In this document: positions 8,352-15,075 of the stretch, in pieces
How the letters are laid out: each line of letters begins with the position of its first letter
How positions within the stretch are numbered: position 1 is the stretch's first letter
NCBI GenBank assembly: GCA_040756235.1
Contig: JBFLZG010000023.1
Location: 1-38,973, forward strand
DNA length: 38,973 nt
DNA from: a bacterium
GTDB lineage: Bacteria > Desulfobacterota > DSWW01
Direction: 5' to 3'
Position numbers and translations under genes: made by a program
The notes under the pieces: generated by a model
The model's database searches: none
The model's input: the letters and a program-made list of their open reading frames with translations, nothing else
What the model was told of the DNA's origin: nothing

Positions 8352-8553
8352 GGGGTTCGCGCAAAAATACTCGAGGTCGAGCAAGGAGCCGGATGGAAAG
8401 ATCGTGCTCAAGGGCACCGGCACAGGCGGCGAGAGCCTGTGACCAAAGGTGCAAGCTCAAAGGCACAAGGCGAAAGATTTTTCGCCCGTGCCGAGATGTT
8501 CTCACTTTGACCTGCTTGCGGGGACAGCTCTATCCATGAGCACGCCGGCACCG

Positions 8554-8581
8554 TTGACAAGGCGAGGCTCCGTGTTACCCT
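8554..8581 (+). promoter_or_regulatory. Candidate sigma70 promoter for cereblon-clpS-clpA
   Basis: TTGACA (8554-8559), 16 nt spacer, TACCCT (8576-8581), with an extended TG at 8573-8574. Confidence 0.55.
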
Positions 8582-8663
8582 TTCGGGTAGGTGCTTTTCG
8601 CGCAACCCCCGATTCGCCTTGCGGCAGGCTTCGCAAGGACGGTGCTCCTGCAGGAGATCGGTC

Positions 8664-9125
8664 GTGGGAGCGGACGCGCTGTGGCAGCCCTTTTGCGGCA
8701 ACGCAGACCTTCATCTTCTCAGGAGAGCGGGAGGGGAGGCGGAGCCCGGCCGGGAACGGGAGGGCGGTTTCGCCTTGCAAGCGGGGTGCGGGCAAGGGGG
8801 GCGACTGGTCTGTTGGACCTGCGGCTTCGAGATCACTTCCGCTGCTTGCCGGGCCCGGGTGCTGGGCCGCCATGTGCACACCTTTGCCAACCCTCACGGA
8901 TACGTCTATCGGATCGGCTGCTTCACGGCTGCACCGGGGTGCCTGTGCGACACCGGGGAGACCTCGGATTTCACCTGGTTCGCAGGTTACGTTTGGAGCA
9001 TTGAGGTGTGCGGCCGCTGCCAGGTCCACATGGGGTGGCGTTTCCGGCGCGCGGAGCACATCTTTCACGGACTGGTGCTGGATCGGCTGGTAGAGGAAGA
9101 AGCGAGGCCGTCTTCCGGCTTGTGA
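8664..9125 (+). CDS. Cereblon-family (CULT, thalidomide-binding domain) protein
   Basis: Zn ligands CWTC and CGRC, HTFANPHG, FTWFAGYVW and HMGWRF (three cage tryptophans), C-terminal FHGLVLDRL. GTG 8664 is preceded by AGGAG. Confidence 0.9.
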   Translation: MGADALWQPFCGNADLHLLRRAGGEAEPGREREGGFALQAGCGQGGRLVCWTCGFEITSAACRARVLGRHVHTFANPHGYVYRIGCFTAAPGCLCDTGETSDFTWFAGYVWSIEVCGRCQVHMGWRFRRAEHIFHGLVLDRLVEEEARPSSGL

Positions 9126-9143
9126 CGGCCCGGAGGTTGCCGG

Positions 9144-9476
9144 ATGAGCACGCCGAAAAGGCCGTTCGAAGCCGATGACGAGGGGGACAGTCAGGTTGCG
9201 ACGGAGAAGGCGGTCCGCACGAGGACGCCAAAGCCTTACCGGGTGATCCTGCACAACGACGACTACACGACTATGGACTTCGTGATCGAGGTCCTGGAGA
9301 AGGTCTTCCACCACCCGCCGGCCGCCGCCACCCAGATCATGCTGGAGGTGCACAACAGAGGGAGCGGGATCGCGGGGACGTACAGCCGCGAGATCGCCGA
9401 GACTAAGGTAGCCGAAACGAGCGCGATCGCACGGCAGAGGGGCTATCCTCTTCGTGCGACGGCCGAGCCGGCTTGA
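9144..9476 (+). CDS. clpS: ATP-dependent Clp protease adaptor ClpS
   Basis: [28 protein letters not shown] and YPLRAT. RBS GGAGG. Confidence 0.96.
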   Translation: MSTPKRPFEADDEGDSQVATEKAVRTRTPKPYRVILHNDDYTTMDFVIEVLEKVFHHPPAAATQIMLEVHNRGSGIAGTYSREIAETKVAETSAIARQRGYPLRATAEPA

Positions 9477-9517
9477 ACGGAAGGCCGCAACGCCTTCGTC
9501 TTGAGTAGGACGGAGAA

Positions 9518-11803
9518 ATGGGACAGCAGCAGCTGCAGTTCGCGATCCAGGCAGCGATCCGGGAGGCGTACAGCAGAAGGCATGAGTACGTCACGGTCGA
9601 GCATTTGCTCTACGCTCTGCTTTACGAGCCGACAGCCAAGTCGATCCTGTACCATTGCGGAGGGGACCTCGAAGAGCTGCGGCAGGAGCTGGAACGATTC
9701 CTGGATGAGGCGCCGGTCTTTGCGGAGGAGCATGCGGAGGACCCGAAGCAGACCATCGGATTCAGCCGCGTCCTGGAGCGGGCCATTCAGCACGTGCGGA
9801 GTTGCGGGAAGGCCGAGATCGATGGCGGGGACGTCCTGGTCGCGATGTACGCCGAGCCGGAGTCACATGCCGTGCATCTCCTGGAGAAGCAGGGGATCAC
9901 CCGCCTCGACATGGTGGAGTGCATCTCTCACGGGCTCTCGAAGATCGATCCCGACGAGGAGGACCAGGAGACGCCTGAGGCCCAGGAGGAAGAGGAGGCG
10001 GACGCAGCGCGCCAGCCGCTGTCGAAGTTCGCCGTCAGCCTCAATCAGCTCGCGGCGGAAGGCCGATTGGACCCGCTGATCGGTCGCCGGAGAGAGCTCG
10101 AGCGGCTCATGCAGGTTCTCTGCCGGCGGACGAAGAACAACCCGATCCTGGTCGGAGATTCCGGAGTGGGCAAGACGGCTCTGGTCGAGGGCTTCGTCCA
10201 GAGGGTCGTGGAGCGCCGAGTGCCGGACCTTCTGCTGGACAGCGAAGTCTTCCTGCTCGATCTGGGTTCCCTTCTGGCCGGCACCAAATTCCGAGGGCAG
10301 TTCGAGGAACGAATGAAGGCAACCTTGCGGGAGCTGCAGCGCAAGGAAAAGCCTATCCTGTTCATCGACGAGATCCACATGATCGTGGGAGCGGGCTCCG
10401 CTTCGGGCAGCAGCATGGATGTTTCGAATCTCATCAAGCCCGCCCTGCAGGCCGGGCACCTGCGCTGCATCGGCGCGACCACCCATGAGGACTTCCGCCG
10501 CAGCCTGGAGCGGGACCGCGCCCTGACGCGTCGCTTTCAGAAGATCGACCTTCAGGAGCCTTCGGTGGAAGAGACCATCGCGATTCTGCACGGGCTCAAG
10601 CAAAGGTACCAGGAGTTCCATGGGATCCGTTACGAGGACGAGGCGGTGTCCTGCGCGGCCGAGCTTTCCGCGCGCTACGTGAAGGAGCGATTCCTGCCGG
10701 ACAAGGCGATCGACGTGATGGACGAGGCAGGCGCCTGGAATCGGATGCTGCCGGAGGGGGAACGCAGAGAGAAGATCGACGGGGGAGACATCCGCCGCGT
10801 GGTCTCCAGGATCGCCCAGATCCCCGAGATCACGGCCGGGGCGAGCGAGCGGGACCGGCTGGGCGTGCTGGAGGGAGAGCTCAAAGGGGTGGTCTTCGGA
10901 CAGGACCAGGCCATCGAAGCGGTCGTCAATGCCGTCAAGCTCTCCAGGGCAGGGCTCGGCCTTCCGGAGCAGCCGGCCGGCTCCTTCCTGTTCGTCGGCC
11001 CCACGGGGGTGGGAAAGACCGAGGTGGCGCGCCAGCTCGCACGGGTCCTAGGGATCGGATTCATCCGCTTCGACATGAGTGAGTACATGGAGAAGCATAC
11101 GGTCTCCCGACTCATCGGGGCTCCTCCGGGGTACGTGGGGTACGACCAGGGCGGACTGCTGACCGAGGCGATTCGCAAGAACCAGCACTGCGTGCTGCTG
11201 CTGGACGAGCTCGAGAAGGCGCACCCGGACCTTTTCGACATCCTGCTGCAGGTGATGGACCACGCCTCGCTCACCGACAACAACGGCCGCACGGCCGATT
11301 TCCACAACGTGATCCTCATCATGACCAGCAACGCGGGGACGCGGGAGCTGAGCACGAAAGGGATCGGATTCAGTCGTTTGCTGGAGGCGGAGGCTTCCGG
11401 GGCCCTCAGGGCGGTCGAGAGGCTCTTCAGCCCGGAGTTCCGGAACCGCCTGACCGAGATCGTCTCCTTCCATCGTCTGTCCGCCGGGATCATGGAGAGG
11501 ATCGTGGCCAAGTTCATCCGCGAGCTGGAGCAGCAGCTCGTGGAACGAAACGTGACCCTCGCGATCACGGGTGCCGGACTGGCCGTGCTGGCCCGCGAAG
11601 GCTACGACGAGGTCTTCGGAGCGCGGCCGCTCGCACGGCTGATCCAGAGAAAGGTGCGTCAGCCCCTGGCCGAGGAGCTCCTGTTCGGCAGGCTCGGCGG
11701 AGGCGGCCGGGTCACGATAGATGAGGACAACGGCCGGATCGTCCTCCGCTTCGAGCCATCTCCGGAAAGTCCGGAAGGGACCGGGCCGAAAGGTGAAGGG
11801 TGA
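9518..11803 (+). CDS. clpA: ATP-dependent Clp protease ATP-binding subunit ClpA
   Basis: Single Clp N-domain (HEYVTVEHLL), two AAA+ modules (GDSGVGKT, GPTGVGKT), no M-domain and a ClpP-docking IGF loop. Follows clpS. Confidence 0.96.
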   Translation: MGQQQLQFAIQAAIREAYSRRHEYVTVEHLLYALLYEPTAKSILYHCGGDLEELRQELERFLDEAPVFAEEHAEDPKQTIGFSRVLERAIQHVRSCGKAEIDGGDVLVAMYAEPESHAVHLLEKQGITRLDMVECISHGLSKIDPDEEDQETPEAQEEEEADAARQPLSKFAVSLNQLAAEGRLDPLIGRRRELERLMQVLCRRTKNNPILVGDSGVGKTALVEGFVQRVVERRVPDLLLDSEVFLLDLGSLLAGTKFRGQFEERMKATLRELQRKEKPILFIDEIHMIVGAGSASGSSMDVSNLIKPALQAGHLRCIGATTHEDFRRSLERDRALTRRFQKIDLQEPSVEETIAILHGLKQRYQEFHGIRYEDEAVSCAAELSARYVKERFLPDKAIDVMDEAGAWNRMLPEGERREKIDGGDIRRVVSRIAQIPEITAGASERDRLGVLEGELKGVVFGQDQAIEAVVNAVKLSRAGLGLPEQPAGSFLFVGPTGVGKTEVARQLARVLGIGFIRFDMSEYMEKHTVSRLIGAPPGYVGYDQGGLLTEAIRKNQHCVLLLDELEKAHPDLFDILLQVMDHASLTDNNGRTADFHNVILIMTSNAGTRELSTKGIGFSRLLEAEASGALRAVERLFSPEFRNRLTEIVSFHRLSAGIMERIVAKFIRELEQQLVERNVTLAITGAGLAVLAREGYDEVFGARPLARLIQRKVRQPLAEELLFGRLGGGGRVTIDEDNGRIVLRFEPSPESPEGTGPKGEG

Positions 11804-11900
11804 GGGAAAAGGTGAAAGGGAAAAGAAAGAGTTCTTGCTGCTCCTGGTTTGACCTTGGCCCCTTTCCCTCGGTTGCGTACGGGCGTTTTCGGGACAGCCT

Positions 11901-12359
11901 CTAGGTGGAAGTCCCTGCATCCGACCCGCCGCCGTCCCGGATGTCCAGAACGCGGACGTCGAAAACCAGGGTTTCCCCCGCGAGCGGATGGTTCAAGTCC
12001 AGCACCACCGTCTCTTCCTTGACCTCGTGGACCCGCATGTAAACGGTCTTCCCTTGCGGGTCCTCTGCCTTGAGCGGCGTGCCGGGAGCGAGCGCGTCGT
12101 CCGGAAAGTTCTCCTTGGTGACCTCGACGAACGCGGCCATGTCCTGCTCCCCATAGGCGTCTTCGGGGTCCACCTGGATCCGTTTCGCGTCTCCGACTCT
12201 CATTCCCTCGAGCTCTCTCTCGAGGGCCGGGATGATTTCGTGATTCCCCTGGCGGTACACCATGGGGTCCTCTCCCTTGTTGCTCTCGACCTCGGTGCCG
12301 TCTTCGAGCGACAGGGTGTACTCGACGGACACGAGGCTGCCTTCCTGAATGGAATCCAT
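11901..12359 (-). CDS. slyD: FKBP-type peptidyl-prolyl isomerase, SlyD family, without the His-rich tail
   Basis: VSVEYTL, IIPALE, PEDAYG and DLNHPLAGETLVFDV. RBS GAGGAG precedes ATG 12359. Confidence 0.88.
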   Translation of the reverse strand: MDSIQEGSLVSVEYTLSLEDGTEVESNKGEDPMVYRQGNHEIIPALERELEGMRVGDAKRIQVDPEDAYGEQDMAAFVEVTKENFPDDALAPGTPLKAEDPQGKTVYMRVHEVKEETVVLDLNHPLAGETLVFDVRVLDIRDGGGSDAGTST

Positions 12360-12389
12360 CTGCTTTTCTCCTCTCAGGCCCACACGGGC

Positions 12390-12429
12390 AAAAAAAAGAC
12401 CGCCACGCCTGCTCTCAGTCTTGACGGTC
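12390..12429 (-). terminator. Terminator-like hairpin immediately upstream of slyD
   Basis: Minus strand GACCGTCA-16nt-TGGCGGTC-TTTTTTTT. A second hairpin, AAGGACCC/GGGGCCTTTT, lies at ~12437-12463. Confidence 0.6.
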
Positions 12430-12592
12430 CGAACGTAAAAGGCCCCTTAGAAGGGTCCTTTGGTCACCGAGAAAACAAACGGCAATTCACGGTCTTTGGC
12501 CCCATCCCGGCGGGCCTCTCGGGCTTCTGAAGAATTAGATGCCGCAGGGTGCGCGGATGTGCCCGAAAGCTCGGGGGAACGTGCCCGAAAGG

Positions 12593-14083
12593 TCAAAACC
12601 ACGCCTTGAGCAGCAGATAGAAGACGTCGCTGTTGGCAAAGGCGCCGAACTTGGAGAGCTCGGATCCCTCGAGGAGCACATAGCCCGCCAGCAGAGAGGT
12701 CCCGTCGAAAGGAAGGACCTCCACCTCCGGATTGAAGATCCATGCGTATTGGTCCGAGAAATCGCCGTAGTCTCCGACTTCCAGCATGAGCTTCGGTTTC
12801 ACGTTCAGCGTGTCGTTGAAGAACGCGTACTGGAGATAGGAGATGTAATAGTCCTCCAGCTTCCCGAGGAAGGAAGGCTTCCGTACGCACAGGAGCTCGT
12901 GCGCGTCGCAGGTGTAGCCGAACTCATCGTAAAAGCCGCGGTTGAACTGCGTGTTCCAGTAGAGGCCGTCCCCCAGGCCGAACGTATAGTCAAATCCGAC
13001 GGTGAACTTGGTGTACGGTCTCCTGAGGAGCTGCACCCGGGTCTGCGGAAAGCCGAGCGGGAGGTCGGTCTCGAGCTCGGTCTCGAACCGCTCCGACAGG
13101 TAGACGCCCACTTCCGCCCACAGGCCGACCGAATACAGCTCGCCGGCCAGGTCGAAGCCGAAAACGTCCAGCCGCGGGTAGGAATAACGGACCTCCAGGG
13201 AGGGAGCTCCCTGGTCGAGGCCGGCGATCAGGGTCTTTGGCAGTGGAAGGGTCTGAAACCCGTGGTAGTAGCTCAACCCGACGTCGAAGTTCAGGAGATT
13301 CCCGCTCGCTCGGAACCCGAAGATGCCGTCGCCCAAGCGGTACTCGGGCATGTCCTCCAGAACGGCGCGCGTGGTCCCGCGGGGCAGTCCGAAGGGCGAG
13401 GTCAGCTCGTCCAGCATCTGCTGCTGGACCCCGAGCAGGTAGGATTCGAAGCCGTCGGGCAGGGGGGACGGCTTGGCGGAGATATAGTATACGGCCTGGA
13501 GCTTGAGATCGAAATCCAGGGGCAGGCGGTATTCCAGCGTGATGCCGTCCATGGGAATGTGGTCGACGAAGTAGTCGGGGTCGAAGGAAAAGAGATTAGC
13601 ATAGTCCACGGGATTGAGGTTGTCGATGACGTTGTACTCATCCGACGTCCCCCAGCGGACGCGCTGCCGGCCCACGATGAGGTCGAGTCCCCGGACCGGG
13701 AAGTCCATGACCTTGAAGGAGGCCTCCCGGAAATAGACGTCGACCTCATCCGTCTCGGAGCTGAAGCCGCTGTCGCTTTCGAGGTCCTCGAAGTCGTCGA
13801 AGCGGGGCTCGATGTTGTGAATGAAATCGACCCTGGAGCGGAAGCTCACGTTCTCCGAGACGTCGCCGTCCAGCCTGACCCAGAGCTCCGTGCGGCTCAG
13901 AGAGAAGTCTCCGGCGTCGTGCATGAAGAGGCTTCCCGGCTCCTCGTCCTCGGTGAACAGCGACGTGAACAGCTTGACCGTGCCGCCCAGTCTCGCCGCG
14001 ACCTGCGCCCGGGCGGGGAAGCCTGAAAGCACCAGCAGGGCAGGGACGAGCAGCAGAACGGTCCGCAAGGCCCGCCGCCTCAT
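12593..14083 (-). CDS. Outer-membrane beta-barrel protein, DUF1302-like
   Basis: Signal peptide, REAS, VGRQRVRWGTSD, IDNLNP and C-terminal YLLLKAWF. The ATG overlaps the upstream stop (ATGA). Confidence 0.75.
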   Translation of the reverse strand: MRRRALRTVLLLVPALLVLSGFPARAQVAARLGGTVKLFTSLFTEDEEPGSLFMHDAGDFSLSRTELWVRLDGDVSENVSFRSRVDFIHNIEPRFDDFEDLESDSGFSSETDEVDVYFREASFKVMDFPVRGLDLIVGRQRVRWGTSDEYNVIDNLNPVDYANLFSFDPDYFVDHIPMDGITLEYRLPLDFDLKLQAVYYISAKPSPLPDGFESYLLGVQQQMLDELTSPFGLPRGTTRAVLEDMPEYRLGDGIFGFRASGNLLNFDVGLSYYHGFQTLPLPKTLIAGLDQGAPSLEVRYSYPRLDVFGFDLAGELYSVGLWAEVGVYLSERFETELETDLPLGFPQTRVQLLRRPYTKFTVGFDYTFGLGDGLYWNTQFNRGFYDEFGYTCDAHELLCVRKPSFLGKLEDYYISYLQYAFFNDTLNVKPKLMLEVGDYGDFSDQYAWIFNPEVEVLPFDGTSLLAGYVLLEGSELSKFGAFANSDVFYLLLKAWF

Positions 14084-14853
14084 TCCTGGACCTTCCGCTT
14101 CAGGTTCCGCTCGGAGAACATGTCGTCCTTGAGCCCCACATCGTACTTGATATCCTCCATCTGGAGGAGGGTCCGGTGGTCCTTGCGCAGGTCGATCATC
14201 TGGATTCGGACCGGAGTCCAGTAGCTCTGGATCTGCCGGATCTCGGCCTCGTAGCTCTTCCAGGGGCTCTCGCCCTCGTCGAACATCTCCATCTTCGTGA
14301 CATAGAAGTGCTGCTTGTTCACCCAGGCGACGACCCGGGAATAGATCCTGTCCGAGCCGGGCTTGCGGGTGAGCTCCAGCACGTACTCCGACGGCGTTTC
14401 CTCCTTCACCGTGGCACTGTAATGACGGCTGTACTTGCCGGTGGAGAGGTCGTCGTTGGAGAGGTCGGATCCGGCGAAGCTCTCTTTCCGGGCGTGGGAG
14501 GCGATGCGGCGCACGCGGTCGAAGGCCGGCAGGTAGAGGTACATCTTGTCGTCCGCGAGGCTCAGGAACCCCAGGTCTCGCACCTCCGGAGGATAGAGAA
14601 ACTTCGTGAGCGACCAGTCGTCCTTGTCCTTGAAGTAACGCGTCCAGAGTCTGAGTTGTCGCTCCTTCTGGGAGCCGCCCTTGTCGATGAGCGTCATGAC
14701 CGCTTTGCTCGTCCCGTCCTGGGGTGCGGAGATCACGGCGTCGATCTTGTTCAGGATCTCTCCTCCCTCCAGCGCCCGGCCCGGAGCGGCGACCGCGAGC
14801 CACGCGCAGAAAAGGGCCAGAGCGCTGCAGGAGCATCTATGCAAAGGCTTCAT
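14080..14853 (-). CDS. LolA-like outer-membrane lipoprotein-sorting family periplasmic protein
   Basis: Signal peptide, KFLYPPEVRDLGFL, YLPAFDRVRRIA, SFAGSDLSNDDL and MFSERNL. RBS AAGGAGG. Confidence 0.88.
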   Translation of the reverse strand: MKPLHRCSCSALALFCAWLAVAAPGRALEGGEILNKIDAVISAPQDGTSKAVMTLIDKGGSQKERQLRLWTRYFKDKDDWSLTKFLYPPEVRDLGFLSLADDKMYLYLPAFDRVRRIASHARKESFAGSDLSNDDLSTGKYSRHYSATVKEETPSEYVLELTRKPGSDRIYSRVVAWVNKQHFYVTKMEMFDEGESPWKSYEAEIRQIQSYWTPVRIQMIDLRKDHRTLLQMEDIKYDVGLKDDMFSERNLKRKVQE

Positions 14854-14869
14854 CGTCCACCTCCTTGTA

Positions 14870-15075
14870 GAGGCTGTCGATAAACGGCCACCTGCGGCGT
14901 TGCGCTCGTGGGGAAGTGAGGCGGGGGGCCTGCCCCGGCGCAGGCCGGGGTCTATCGAGACTCCCAATGTACGCCTCGTTCGTCAGGATTTGTCCGCCCA
15001 AGGGTCGGACACCCCATCCTTCGGATGGGTCCCCATTTTCGCGCGCCTTGCATCTGGCCATTTCTCATCAGCCTC
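14870..15075 (+). mobile_element. MITE-like element, family B, copy 1
   Basis: Ends GAGGCTGTCGATAAAC and TTTCTCATCAGCCTC, flanked by TA on both sides. The core is shared with 24760-24889 and 29008-29256. Confidence 0.75.

Noticed and set aside
8352..8609. RNase P RNA, tmRNA or SRP RNA
   Set aside because: No GAGGAAAGTCC, tRNA-like ends or SRP loop motif on either strand. Kept only as an unexplained structured element.
9518..11803. ClpB or ClpC instead of ClpA
   Set aside because: No coiled-coil middle domain, an IGF loop is present, and clpS is adjacent.
12395..12430. NiCo (czcD) riboswitch upstream of slyD, suggested by minus-strand ACTGAGAGCAGGC
   Set aside because: Only a short partial match. 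The remaining conserved elements of the four-way junction are not visible.
14084..14836. 747-aa version of the beta-barrel ORF
   Set aside because: The extension overlaps the LolA-like gene in another frame. The real start, with a signal peptide, is at 14083.
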